DNA of 62,479 nt, filler included, from Sphacelaria rigidula (GCA_964200075.2; 10 parts of 10 records of this genome joined end to end with filler, not necessarily neighbours in it), one strand, 5' to 3'. Numbered from the whole stretch's first letter, positions 47,535 through 60,579 are shown. The notes: generated by a model from the sequence alone, not told the origin. Made by a program: numbers and translations.

Positions 47535-49964
47535 TTAGGTTGCAGGGACCCCAGTGGCCACCCGTGCAACTCTAGTTCTAGAAGACGCATCGTCCAAGGT
47601 GACGACGCCACTCGTAAGATCCGGACCAAATTTTGGCGATGAATCGAGATGTGTTCGCCGTACTCCCTGGACTATGGCATTGAGATACACTCTGGGGTGG
47701 TCTTGTGGGGCCTGGGGATGGGGGCACTGGTCCTGGGTGTCATCCAATGTTGGGGCGTCAGGGCTACTGATCTCATGAACCGCTATGGGGGTGCGACTAT
47801 CAGGGGTGACCGTCGTGGTGGAAGCGGGGCCGGCTGTGATGTCGGCAGGGGGAGCATGGACTGCCAGCTCGGTAGTAGATGTCCCGAGTGTAGGGTCAGC
47901 AGAAATTTCAACCCTGCACTGTGATGTGTCTGCCGAATCATCTACAGTAGTGGACGAAGGGGTCGACGGTTTTTCGTTGTCGGACGTGATTCCGGTGGCT
48001 GCACCAGCGGAACTCACGAAATCAACATCAACACATGCATTGAAAATAGGCATGGTCTCCACGGATTTATCGGGAGACACGTTGTCGGGGGCCAAACTTG
48101 GAACTACAGGGGACGAATCGTCTGTTACCCGCGTGAGACTGTCGTGGTGTGAGGTCGCCAGTGGCGGGTTCGCACGTGAACGCGACAACAAACCGACAGT
48201 AGGCAGGGCGGACTATGGCTCAACATGTTTCGCCTCGACCTCTTGTGTAGATGCTGACTCAGGGGTCAAAGGGGGGACAGAGAGCGGTAAGGGCACATCC
48301 GATGCCTGAGGCGTATCGTCGTGGCCTGTCGCTGTTGGGAAGTTCTCGGGAGTGCTACGTGACGGTGTGAGCTCTTGGCTTAACAGCCGGGTCACTGCCG
48401 GGGGTCCTTCTCCGACCCGTGGAGCAACGGAAAGGGAGGGTTCCCTGTGGTCATGATCCACAGTGGAATAACTATGCCATTAACAAGGGGGCCCGACGCC
48501 ACTTGGACGTCTGGACTAAAACGTACCCTACGATGGATAGTCGCAGGGGCAGCAACACGATGACCAGGAGACAGCTTCTCTCTCGGCACGTGGATACCTG
48601 CTGGACGTGGCCTCCCCCTCTGGTCTGACCGAGAGGAAGATAGCTGTTCACAGATCGAATTATGAAGTGGTATACTAGAGTGATCATTCCTAGTGTCAGT
48701 AGGACACAATTTCTCATCTTGAGAGCTGTAACCACGTGTGGTTCCACGGAACCTTGCCTGAGTGGGACCCTTGACCCAGGACTGATCGGACCCATTGTAC
48801 CGATTCCACAAGCTTGAGCTAGCGCCGGCCGACGATATCTCAGTTTTGGGGTGTGAGGGCAGTGGCCGCGTAAAATCAACGGGGACCGCACCTTTTTTGG
48901 TGGTTGGTCATCGATCGTGATGGCCGGCGGTGTATTCAAGTGGAATGATGTAGCACCGGAGTCTGGGGGATATATTCGCCAGTCTGTGGTGTAGGCTCAT
49001 GCCTCAAGACACTAGACGAACTATCAAGTACAGGGACTGGCACCGAAAATTGTGGTGCAGTAATGGAAGGTGGCGTCCACCAAGCGGTACCCTTGTGGGG
49101 TTGACTCGATTCCAGTCAGGTGGTACGCATGGCGGTGTGCGCTGTGTTACTTGACGTAGTCTGTTGTGCTGGTGGGCCATGAGGGTCGGGGGCAAGGCGC
49201 GTCTAGCGTCCTGCGAAGTTTGTGTGGACGTCTGGCTGTTCAGAGGTTGGCTGGGTGGGAGTGCTAGTTGATTGGCGTTGGGGTTGTGGGTAGGTGCCTG
49301 CGACGCTTGACCTCAATAGTTGTTGTAGCGGGGTTGGTTTGTGCGAGGGTAGTGGTCACGGTGAATGCGCGTGTCCCGTGATCGACTATCACGGCTGTCG
49401 CGGTACGAGCGCAGCCGGACCTGCCATTTCGGCCAGCAGTGCGCGTACTCTGGTTCGAAAAACGCTCTGTTCAAGAGACCAGACGAAGTCGTGAAGGGCG
49501 CTTCACACACGCGCATTGAATGCGCTGCAACCGTACCATCCGCAGTACAGCCCGCGCAAACAACTATCCTTAAATCGTCGGATAAGATCCGAGCGTGCGG
49601 CGGGATTCATGTCTGAGGCCCACGATGGCGGATCATTGTTATTCATCGACATGCTGGCGTTGTATACATGTTGCCAGGTTTCATGAGACAAGGGCCAGCT
49701 GGGGAAACGGCCAGCGAAGGGGTCGCGGTAGTCGATTGAATTCACCGCCATTATTTGACCGGTAGGCAACATGGACCCCGGTACCCACAGACTTTTCGAA
49801 GCTTTGGTGGATGAATCGTCCGCACGGGGTGCACGAGGATCATGGTAAGTGTGGGCATCGGTGTGTGGGCGGTATGCGATGCTGCTCGAAACGCTGGGCG
49901 TCGCTGTCGCCTGCCCGTAAGTACCGGGGCTGTTGTCGTACGGCAGAGCTGGCGTGCAGTTTGC
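47535..49964 (-). mobile_element. Decayed Gypsy-like gag region (same lineage as 16114-17700) plus long Ser/Thr/Pro-rich ORFs
   Basis: WPLSHETWQHVY..DPPSW..AARSDLIRRFKDSCL..SSGLLN..WPKWQVRLRSYR aligns with WPYSAETWDKV..DPHLW..AARHEVFSRHANSCI..FDLMN..WRRWQKRMRKYR. Confidence 0.65.
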
Positions 49965-50064
49965 NNNNNNNNNNNNNNNNNNNNNNNNNNNNNNNNNNNN
50001 NNNNNNNNTTAATTAATTAANNNNNNNNNNNNNNNNNNNNNNNNNNNNNNNNNNNNNNNNNNNN

Positions 50065-52960
50065 TCCAGACAAGAACCGCGCATTTGTTGACGTTCGCTG
50101 TCACTCTCCATTCCCTAATGTATTCTAGCGCCTTGTCTATCTGTGTCTATAATCCTTCTGGTGTTTCTGAAATCCCCACAAAATCTTCCGCGAACATCAA
50201 TCCTGATGCCTTATCTTGGCCCATCTTGACCCCTTGCTTTGCTGCTTCTATTGCTATTATCAAGTCACTGATGAATACCTCAAACGAAGTGGGTGATAAC
50301 ATACATCCTTGCGCAACTCCCCGTAATATATCGGAATATTCCGACAGTTCCCCGTCTAGCATCATGGCACTTTTGGCACATTCTGTCATCTTCTTTACCA
50401 TTCTCCACATCTTTCCTCTGATCCCAGCTCCCCACAACTTTTTCGACAGCCCATTCTCCATACTGTGTCATACGCCTTTTGTACGTCCAGAAAAAAACAG
50501 TACGTTGTCCGCCCGGTGTCTTCCCTACCCTGAATAATCTTACTTAGTGTGTACACATGGACTGCGCAACTACGGTTTGGTCTCAACCCTGCTTGTCCCC
50601 CGCTGTGTTTTTCGTCCTTTTCTAGCATCGTTCAGAATCTTACCGCGTGTTTTCCCTACCGTTCTCAGTAGCGTCATCCCTCTATAGTTTCCTGGGTCAG
50701 CCTTGTTTCCCTCGTTGGAAAGATCAACGACTTCTCCTTCTTTCCATCTCTTGGATGTGTACTCGTTTTCCCAGATCCAGTTGTACGGCATAACCATCAC
50801 GGGAATCACTCCTTCTTCCCCGTACTTGAGAAAGTCATTCGCGATTCCGTCCGCCCCTTCTGCCTTTCTGTTCTTGAGTTTAGCTACGCACTCCTTGACT
50901 TAATCTATAGTAAACTCTCTCTGCAATCATTTCGAGCCTCTATCCTCCCGTTTCGACGTGTCTACATTTACCTCTGCCCACGGGTTGATCTCTTTATCGA
51001 ATTGCGTGTCGAACTTCGTGTTAGTATTTGGTGTTCCTAGTTTACGGTAGTGCTCGACTGGCACTTATCTCTTTCCCTTCGAACTACTGACCATTTTACC
51101 GCTCTGTGCCCGGAGTGTAGCTATCCCCTTGTCCACCTTTCCTGCCTGGTTTTTCGTGATCCCTTTTATCCCTGCCCACCTTTGTTTCATCCCGCTATCG
51201 AAATCTTGATTTGTTTTTTTCAATACACCTTCCCAAACTTCCTTCTTTTTCTGCTGTGCCATCTTTCTGACTCTCTTCCAAGCTTTGGTGTACTCCTCCC
51301 ATCCTCTCGTACGTTTTGCTCAACATCCACCTCGCGTGAGCCTCTCTCCTTACCCTTATAGCCTCTGTCATCTCCTCACCCCACCATTTTACTGCTCTAT
51401 TGCATACGATCAGTTTCCTTCCCATGACTCTACTCGCTGCGTTCTCGACCATCTGCCTCCATCCTTCTATGATCTTCGCTCCTACTCGATTTATTTCCAT
51501 TTCGGTCTCACCTGTACCTACGCTGACCAACAGCTCGGAAAATTTCAATGCATTTTTGGCCATCTCTTCTTGGAACTCTTACCGTTTTTCTTCCATATTT
51601 AGGTTATCGATTATTCATTCGTACAACTTCCAACCGTACCTATTTCTTTTGGCTCTCGACTGTTGGCTTTCTGCCATGTTAGGCAATGATCTGTGGTTCC
51701 CACGTCCTCCGCGCAGACCTGTACTTCCATTTTACTATTCCCATGCTCTACCACTTAAGAGTCAAGAACGGGGCATTGTATCTCGTCTTTGCATACCCTA
51801 GCCCATGTCCATTACGCTTCTGGCTTCTGTGCTCCATCGGGCAGCGTCTTCATCTCGTTATGCTCGAGGAAATTCATCATTTCTATCCCATTTGTGTTCT
51901 TCTTGCCTTCCCACTAGCACTACTTCTCCTTGCCTTTTATAATTACGTATATCTGCTGCCATCTCTCCAAACTTACGTTGTATATCGTGCACCCTAATCT
52001 CCGATTTCAGGGGAATGCGGATGTTACCTACGAAGAAGTTCTTCGTTCCCCGCTCTCCTGGTCCCCTTAGCCATACGCTCTCGTCGAATCTCGTGTCGTC
52101 GATCACTTTTATACTGTCACACAGATATCCCTTGGTCAAGAATCCTACTCCCTGCGCTCCCCTGCTCTTGGACTTTTGTCCCTTCCGCTTCTTTCCTATC
52201 CATGCGTACTCTTCAACTTTACATCCTATTTTCGTCCCCTCTTTCTCCCATGACTATTGGATTTCTACTTGATCTAGGTGTTTACTCATTTGTTGCGCTA
52301 TCTCTTCTCTTTTGCGCTTGTCTGTGACAAATCCACACACGTTCCACGATCCTACCCTTAACTTCCTTTCCGAATCATTATCTGCTCTCGTGTTGTCCAC
52401 TGTTTTCTCTCCGTCGCTTTTACTTTTACTTTCCCTCGCTCGGTTGATCTCCCCGTTTCTGCATTGGTCTTTGTTTATTTGCCTCGGGCGGCTACGTCCC
52501 ATCGCCTTCCCCGCCCGGACACTTACCTGTTCCTGCCTCTCTCTCCCTCCGTCTACCCGTGGACTGCGTCCTAGCTTTATTGTTCGAGTAGCTATGCACA
52601 CTCTCCACCCTACCCTTCTAACCGATGCCGACACCTTACTTGTCTCTATCCTTTCCCACTCCTTGCTCGTGCCCTGTATTAGCGTGATTCGGAAGTGTTC
52701 TCCCTCTCTTTCTACGTTTCCTGTTGCCAAACAGTATAACTCAACTCCATTTTATTTCCTTTTCAACCCTTTTCTTGTGGTATCGCTACGAACTCCGAAT
52801 ACCAGCACTACTAGTACTTTACCCGTCCACTCTTTACTTCTCCATCCGCCCTTCCTAACCGTCTCTCTCTCTCGATCTCTTTCGAGAGAATCTTCAGCTT
52901 ATTCGTTTACACTTGTATTGGTGGGATATAGTCAGCGTACTGGGACATCCCAATCCTAGT
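50065..52960 (-). mobile_element. Decayed APE-type LINE (endonuclease and RT), same family as 25400-28681
   Basis: APE N-terminus LRVGSWNVCG..EIQ*SW..GVGFL; RT motifs QAGLRPNRSC, FLDVQKAYDTVW, RGVAQGCMLSP and LMFAEDF. Multiple frameshifts. Confidence 0.9.
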
Positions 52961-53869
52961 ACTCGTTGGGGGTCTGGTGTCTTTCAGCTATTTTTCTGGC
53001 TCACCGACACTAAGTAATGCCTCCAACACGGGCTTGTGGCCTGAAGCCAAGTTTACTACCTTCGACACAAGTACCCCACGTTCGTGCCAGGCGATCTTCA
53101 TGGTAAACCATCCAGGCGTCCCCCCATCGTATTTTCTATCTTCTCGCCCCGCTGCTTAACTGGCTACTTTCTTCCAGGGAGGTCATTTTCACCGTGTAAG
53201 GTTCAAGGACGGCTCGCATAACACGAGGCCTGGCTCACACCGGGATGTCCAGTAGATCACTTTTTCCACTCCGTGTGCGGTTCACCATGGGTCGCTACTC
53301 CCCTGATGCTTGTGAGCAGACCTTCGCTGCCGAAAGCTTGGCCAACGATTCCCCCACACTTTGTACCNNNNNNNNNNCTTTGTACCAGCTTATATCCTTC
53401 AAGATCTCAAGAAGTCTACGTAGCGCTTGGTGCTCATTCTCGTAGGTCATGTGGTTGGTCATCGGTAAGGTGTTTGTTTCATGAGTGCAATAGGTCTTGA
53501 CGTTTACGTCATACATTGCCCATCCCTTCCCTCCATTAGGCGCCTTTTGCACCTAGTGTCGGAAAATTCTGGAAATGACTGACCAGACTTCCAGCGCCCA
53601 GTGGAAACCGGTAAGTTTCACGGGTATCTCACCACGAGACCCCAACCTCCATGTGAACTTGACATGGAGGGGGTGATGACCCTACCCTATCCGTACTTGT
53701 TTTATCTTTTGTATTTTCATATGCATGTGAGGTGGTCAACCTTCACGCTGTTGTTTACATGTCGAGGTTTTGGCTTTTATTCCTGTCTCACCCTTGTTAT
53801 GATATGGGGGAGAATCTCGGTTGTGTTCGGACTTGATATGGGAAAGTAGATATGTTATTTTTGACTATG

Positions 53870-54625
53870 CCACGTCTATGTTCGGGCTGTGCTATGGTAG
53901 TCAAATAAAAGGAGGGTCAACTTCTCTTTTTCATGTCCATGTCCGGGTTGTCTCATGATAGGTTAAAGAAAAAGCAGGGTCAGCTTCTCTATTTCATGTC
54001 TATGTCAGGGCTGTATTATGGCAGGTTAAATCAAAAGGAGGGTTAGCTTCTCTATTTCGTGTCTATATCTGGGCTATGGTATGGTAGGTTGAAGAAAAAG
54101 GAGGGTTAGCGTCCCTTTTCCATGTCCATGTCCGGGCTGCGTTATGATAGGTCAAAGAAAAAGGAGGGTCAGCTTCTCTTATTACTATTATTATATTTCA
54201 TGTCTATGCCCGAGCTGTGTTATTGTAGGTGAAAGAAAAATTAGGGTTAGCTTCTCTATTTCGTGCCCATGTCCAGGCTGTATTATGGTACGTGAAATAA
54301 TAAAGAAGGGTCAGCTTCTCTACTTCATATCTGTATCCATGCTGTGTCATGGTATGCTGAAGAAAAAGGAGGGTTAACTTCTCTATTTCATGTCTATGTC
54401 CGACCTATGTTATGGTAGCTTAACCCTGGACGAACTCAGCGCTGATTTTTGTTTTTGTGAATCGGCATTATTTTCAGTCATTTTCAAGTCAAAATGATGC
54501 CGGTCCACGAAAACAAAAATCGGCACTGGGTTCCCAAAGGCCTTAAAAAGGGGGAGGCAGCTTCTCCACTTCATGTCTATGTCCGGGCTGTGTAATGATG
54601 GGTTAAAGAAAAAGGAGGGTTAGCC
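53870..54625. repeat. 63-bp tandem satellite, ~10-11 diverged units
   Basis: GGAGGGT(C/T)A-like motif recurs at 53911, 53974, 54037, 54100 and 54163 (period 63). Confidence 0.92.
54420..54546. mobile_element. Hairpin mini-element inserted at TTAA within the satellite (piggyBac-like)
   Basis: TTAACCCT...AAGGCCTTAA with an internal inverted repeat GATTTTTGTTTT.GTG..CGGCATTATTTT / AAAATGATGCCG..CAC.AAAACAAAAATC. Confidence 0.65.
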
Positions 54626-54783
54626 AAAAGGATGGCTTCCCCGTCCCCCCGCCAGGTATGAAAGAACGACGACAGAGTTTTTGCAAGCGCAGGTAACACT
54701 CACGGGGGAACAGAGAGTTTACCTTCTATGAAAATCCGCGTTTTCCCACCTTCAAACCGTTTTATGCGTGTTGCTTTCTAATA

Positions 54784-54990
54784 GAGGTATCTCAAACTCG
54801 GCTCCCGGTATCCTGGTTTATTTGCTGGCTCTAAGTTGTGTATTATTCTTTCGAGTGACTGTGATCGCGATTCATAGGAGGACCTATCCTGGCGGTCAAG
54901 GGTCTCATCATCTGATGAATCACCATCACCTTCACTTGAAAAGAAAAGAAAAAAAAAACAGGATACCGGGAGCCGAGTTTGAGATACCTC
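54784..54990. mobile_element. MITE with perfect 32-bp TIRs
   Basis: GAGGTATCTCAAACTCGGCTCCCGGTATCCTG and its exact reverse complement, flanked by TAATA on both sides. Confidence 0.85.
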
Positions 54991-55646
54991 TAATAAGAAC
55001 GTTAAACTGTCGATTTATGTTCAGTTCTGTACTGATTGCCGTATGCCAATGCCGGCGAAGTTTGGTATTGCTGTTCGACAGTATCTTCGCACGTTTGGTC
55101 GAACCCAAAGCGGCCACTTTTCCCTCAGGTAACAAGAGTCCTCTAAATCCTGTGGACGTAGTTGAGGAAATCGTATTGTTTTGTTTCTACAGCTGTTGCG
55201 AAAATCGGCTCATGCTGTTACGGTGGGTGACCTCTCTGTAGACGGCAGTCAGTACAGTAGAGCAACGTAAGCTAGCTATGGTCGGGTTTGCCTGCCGTAC
55301 TGCCGCCAGCGTTGCTTGAAAGCCACAAGACCTTTGCGGTTGGCGGTTGATGGCGTGCGTGTCAAATGCAACGGCAAGTGGTTGATCATAGAGCACTCTT
55401 GTTCCTCGTGGGGTCATATCTCGCCCTAGCTTGTAATGCATGACCTCCTCACAGGGAGATTAATTCTGGAAAGCTACTACTGTACCGCGAGGTGTTCACG
55501 CAACCAGTATGTGCTCCAGATTGCAGCATGGGCGCACCCATCTGCACCACGCTAGCAACAGTTAGGTCACCACCACAGGTATCTTTTTTCACTCCGCATG
55601 TCAAGGAGGTCTCCACAAGTGTTTGCTCTCCCCCCTCCCCCCCAAT

Positions 55647-55719
55647 GCTCCGTCTCGAAAGGGATGCGTGGTCAATGGTCAAACGACTAAGGCAAGCAAC
55701 AAAAAAGTACCCCCCCCCC
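55647..55719 (+). mobile_element. Short LINE 3' end with a C-run on both sides
   Basis: CCCCCCCAA-TGCTCCGTCTCGAAAGGGATGCGTGGTCAATGG..GCAAGCAACAAAAAAGTAC-CCCCCCCCCAA. Confidence 0.85.
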
Positions 55720-56156
55720 AACTGGTGTCGCACGTTCTTGTGGTCGGGTACCCAGATGGTCACATGTCGGGTAAGATCAACGATGAATAGCACCCATTAA
55801 GTTCAAATTGAATCTGTCATTACCGCAGCACCGTCCTTGCTGGCATGTGTGTGACAGAGAACAGTAGTGGTGATGGGAACATTGCCCTGTTTTTCAACGA
55901 TATATATGTCTTTCAGCGCACAGAGGCGCGTCCTGTCCAAAAAGAGAGGCAGAGAGAAATCGATCTTCGCATCGGTGAGCTCCACAGACAAGAAGAGACG
56001 AGATCCCTCCGCGCCTCGATGTTCCTTGGGGGGCTCTGCGCAGCAATATAACAACATGCCTACCGGCACATGAGGAATTGGGTACATGCTGGTAACATGC
56101 ATGATGCCAGTCTCTCGAGCGATTGGTAACCGCCGAACGAGGACTGAGACGGTTTA

Positions 56157-56222
56157 AGAGACAACCAACTAGACTAATGACAAGTCAGCGCTGACTCGTC
56201 AGTAGTCTAGTTGGTTGTCTCT
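56157..56222. repeat. 66-bp near-perfect palindrome at a contig end
   Basis: AGAGACAACCAACTAGACTAATGACAAGTCAGC|GCTGACTCGTCAGTAGTCTAGTTGGTTGTCTCT, 2 mismatches. Confidence 0.9.
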
Positions 56223-56339
56223 NNNNNNNNNNNNNNNNNNNNNNNNNNNNNNNNNNNNNNNNNNNNTTAATTAATTAANNNNNNNNNNNNNNNNNNNNNN
56301 NNNNNNNNNNNNNNNNNNNNNNTATTGGAAAGGCGAGCC

Positions 56340-56413
56340 TACGTCTGAGACCATGGGTTAACGAGATCGGACTAATGTGCGGAAATAATAAAATAATAAT
56401 AATAATAATAATA
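56340..56413 (+). mobile_element. RTE-type 3' tail fragment with (AAT)n
   Basis: GATCGGACTAATGTGCGGAAATAATAAAATAATAAT is the same terminus as the RTE at 56672 on the opposite strand. Confidence 0.7.
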
Positions 56414-56671
56414 CAATGTGGATAGGCTATACCTCTCCCCCTTTCTGCAGTTTTTCTTGCGATTTATTCCCTATTCAGTTATGCAATAATGTTCTGAATT
56501 TTTCCGTCGCCGATAACTCAGTAACAAACGAGTGAAGGGGAAAGATCGGGTCTTTGCACGTACGTCCTGTACATTGTCTCAAAATTTCATACAAATTGAC
56601 TCAACATTGAGCAGCCAAGTCGTGTTTTTTATCGAAAATCGGCTCCTGTGTCAAGACGGGCCAGTCAAGAT

Positions 56672-59425
56672 TTGTTTTATTTCCGCACATTAGCCCGATA
56701 TCTCAAACTCGTGGTCACAGACGTTGGCTCGTCTCTCCAACACCGTCCCTGCCATTCCTTGTAAAGATAAGAGTTGTCGTCGTTTCTTCTGATGATCCAA
56801 AAAAACAAAAACAATACACACAAAAAAAATAACACCAGATGAAGATAAGAAGAGATACACCAAGAAACAGAAGGGAAAGACTGCAGCTTCCCCCGAGTTC
56901 ATCGAGGTGAGATAAAAACACAACCTGCACATACTGCTTATATACAAATAGAAATGAGGAAATAAAAGAAAACAGAAAATACAGAAAGGGTTAGAATGGC
57001 CACCAAGCGAGGGTCAACTCAACAACCCTCCAGACACCCTCGTAGGCAAAAACGAGAGCTGTTCGGAAGACGGCAGACGCACTAGCGAGTGTATTACTGT
57101 ACGCCATGATCTATCAGTTACGTTTTGGAGGTCCTCGATAGTCGCTGGAGAAACTCGAGCGGTAGCACAGCAAACAATTCCTTGGCATGACGTGCTTTGG
57201 TCCAGGCTGTCATTTCCCTTTAACCCCCTCCTCTGCGATTCGGTATCATTCGGAAACATCTTGGGCAACCTGCGTCCACGATGTCGCGTTTATCCCGAAG
57301 TTTGAGCATTACTCCGTGACACGGTCTTGTAGGCGTCTTGCTGCTCGGCCTGCCTTCGTCTTCCCTCCGACCATCACTCCACGCATGGCGATGTTGGGGA
57401 GACGTTCATCGCGCATGCGCACGACGTGGCCAGCGTGTAGGAGGATTCGTCTCATCGCGGTGGCCGAGATACACTCGCAGCCAGTTAGTTCTTTCGAAGA
57501 CCTCGTGATACGGCAGCATGTGGTGGTCAGGAGCGCTGCTGCTTGAGGTATGCTTGTTGAGTCACCTCAGCAGGAATCCCCGGTGGGCCTCTTGTAACGC
57601 GCCGAAATTGTCGTGTGCGGTCGTCCAGGTCACGCAGCCGTATAGCAATACCTCGATCACTTCAGCCTTCAGGAGACGAACCTTGGTGGCCAGGGCGATG
57701 TATGGGTTGTCGTTTACCGCTCTATTGTACTGTACTTGTAGGAGCACGTCCATGCCTGGTCAATGCAGCTGTGGATCTCAGCGGTGACATCGCCGGTGCT
57801 GCTGACTTCCTGCCGAAACATATGAATGACTCAGATTGCTTGTACCTTTGGCCCGCCGCCTCCACCTTGACCACACCCGTCTTCATTTTCCGGGAGCGCA
57901 TGTGTATGGTGACGGTCTTTTTTTCCCGCCACGACGAGGCCGACTGCCGCACATACTTCGACGATGACCGTCATCATCTTCGCCGGGTTAAGTCGAGATC
58001 GCGAGGCGATGCCAGCGTCGACGGCGTACAGCATGACCCAAAACACTTTGCTAAGTCCGTCCTTGGTCCTCCCGCCCCCTTCAGCGATGCGGATGAAGTC
58101 CTGCGCCACCACTTTTTTGACCGAGAAGCGGTTGAATGTCACCGTCAGCACCGCTGCGAAAAAGATGCTCAATAGACCGGGGGAAAGCACACACCCTTGG
58201 CGGAGGCCCAAGGTAACGTTGAACTACTCAGACGTCTCGCCGCTGTCGAGGCGTACACATGCCCACAGGCCGTCGTGGAAGTGGCAGATGATGAAGATCA
58301 TCTTGGCGAGGATGCCGTACGGTCCTAGCACCCTCCAGAGAAAAGAGCGGTCCATTGAATCGTTTGCCTTTTGGAGGTCGATGAAGCAAACGTACGGTGG
58401 GAGATTCTTCTCTCTGGCCAGTTCTTGGAGTCTTCACACAATTCGCATCATGTCGACTGTCGACTGGCCGGGTCTGAAGCCACATTGAGCTTCTGGAAGG
58501 TTTCCCTTCCACTCGCAGTAGGCGCTGAGTCGAGTCGCAACTATCTTCAGAACCATCTTGTTCTTGTGGAGTCCTGCGAAATACCGCGGTAGTAATCGCA
58601 TTCGTGCGGGTCCTAATTATTGAAAAACGCCTGGATGATGGTATCTTTCCATTCCTGCGGCATTACTTCGCGACGCCACACGGCGAGCACGATGTTGTTT
58701 GTGGAGGCAAATCAGGGTGGTAGACTCCTCGGTGCGACCGAGCTTCAACAGTTCGCCATAGATTTTGTCCGTCCCAATGGCCTTGCCGTTCGACAGCTTG
58801 CCCACTGCTTCCTTCACTTCTTCCATCCAGGGCTCGGCCGCGAGCGGTGCGTGCTCCGGCATATGTTCGATGAGATCGATGACAGGGTGGTCGAGCGTAG
58901 ACGATACTGTCTTGAGAAGCGTTTCAGACCACTCCCCACACCGTTTCAGGATAGCTTGCTTGTCTCGCAACCCCTCGCCGGTCGCGCTCCTGGTGCAGGT
59001 TGAGTCGCACCCCTTCTTCCCTTCCAGTTCCAAGGACTTGGTGTGTTGGTGCAGCCCTGCTTGGTCCTCCTTTTTGAGGAACTCTGCTGCCTGGAAGTTT
59101 GACTCGTGAACGAAGTTCCGCAGCTCAGCATCCTTCACCCGTTTGAACGGTTTGTCCGCCACGTTCAGCGCCTTTTCCAGAACCGGATCTTTGTGGTTGG
59201 CGCGTGGTTTCTCTCATACATGTTCCTCAAGATTCCACGCCTTTGGAAGCGATCCTGAGCCTGTGGCGACCCACTGACACCTTTAGATGGGGGGTTCTTC
59301 GGGCATCGAGGGAGTGTGTCCGCGGCAGTCTGTTGCAGGGCGTTGGCGAAGGTAGATGCCATGTCGCTGACGTCCAGGACTGCGGTGAAGTCGGTGGCAT
59401 TCGAGATCTTGGCGGAAAGCTTGCA
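56672..59425 (-). mobile_element. 5'-truncated, decayed RTE-clade LINE (RT domain and 3' UTR)
   Basis: Motifs KLSNGKAIGTDKI, GLRQGCVLSP.L..IFF, MLYAVDAG (degenerate YADD) and TKVRLLKAEVIEVLLYGCVTWT, typical of RTE ORF2. Confidence 0.9.
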
Positions 59426-59808
59426 TGAATAACGACCAGTTTGGTGAGAAGTTAAGCTGGCCAGAGTATGAAGACTTGTGTGAATAATGACCAGTTTGGC
59501 CAAAGCGAAGCTGGGCCCACAGAAAATTGAAAACGTGCGCTGAATGGAACTCTCTCAGAGAGTACAGCGCGTCTCTTCGAAGCGGCACAATTCCGCCGAG
59601 CCCATTTCTCGGGCTCAAGAGTTGGCGCAGGATCGCCAATGCGGGCAGTCCTCAGCAGAATAGATTTCCTACACGCGCAAAACGCGGCCTGGGGCCTAAA
59701 TACTAGGTCACACATTTTTATTGAAAGCCTCATTCACCGAGGACACGCAGATTGGGTCAACAAAGAAGCGCCAACAGCACTCGACGAGATGACGCAAGGT
59801 ATCTGCTA

Positions 59809-60441
59809 GAAGGAGCACTACAGAAGGTGGGATTCTACGCTATGCGATGAGCATTCCGGATCGCGCCTCACTGCATGATCGCCCGCCCAGGGCTTGGAAA
59901 CCTTTGACGAATGCTTGCTGCGACCCTGGTCGGCCGTACTATACTCATGCGCCGCGTGTCCGGGAGGCTCGAGCGATGTCTGATCAGTTGTTGTTCTTCC
60001 TGCGGACAGCGTCCGGCGTGGACAAGTGGATTTTCGAGCATGTTGTGCACCCCCCGTGCAGAGCATGCTCAAACGTTCACCTGTCGCCGTCGGACGGTTT
60101 GTGCAGAAAAATCACCACCTGATTATAGAGTGCTCGAACCTCCCGGGCACACGGTGCATGGGTGTATGTACTGTGCTCATGAATCCGGTGTCCAGTAGGC
60201 CCAGGCGATCCATGACCAGTTGTTGATCTTTCTGCACACGCTGTTTGCAGGAAGATCAACAATTGATCGTGGATAGATTTGGCATACCGGACACACGGGT
60301 GCATGGGTATAGTACGGAAGACCGGCGCGCAGCAGGGAGTCGTCAAAGGTTTCTACACCCTGGACGGGCGATCATTCCGTAGGGCCCTCTCTGGGATGCT
60401 GATCGCATAGCGGAGAATCCCACTTTTTGTTGTGTTTCTTG
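59809..60441. mobile_element. Long-TIR MITE with TA TSD (Tc1/mariner-like)
   Basis: GTGGGATTCTACGCTATGCGATGAGCAT..GAAACCTTTGACGA pairs with TCGTCAAAGGTTTC..ATGCTGATCGCATAGCGGAGAATCCCAC. TA on both flanks. Confidence 0.7.
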
Positions 60442-60579
60442 TACCAAGTCACACCGGTCTTGAAGGTCCCGTAGGAATATAAGTTGATGTTACAGGAGAT
60501 ATGTCTGAATCTTCAGGCTGCTTGTCATGATCCCAGACCTTTTCCCGACGACTGTTCTTGATCGATACGGTTTATTTCA

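Noticed and set aside
47240..47583. Possible LTR starting TGTAAGAACTGG
   Set aside because: No convincing CA end, PPT or second copy.
53870..54625. CRISPR array or repeat-protein exon (63 is divisible by 3)
   Set aside because: The whole unit is repeated with no spacers, and the reading frames are short and interrupted.
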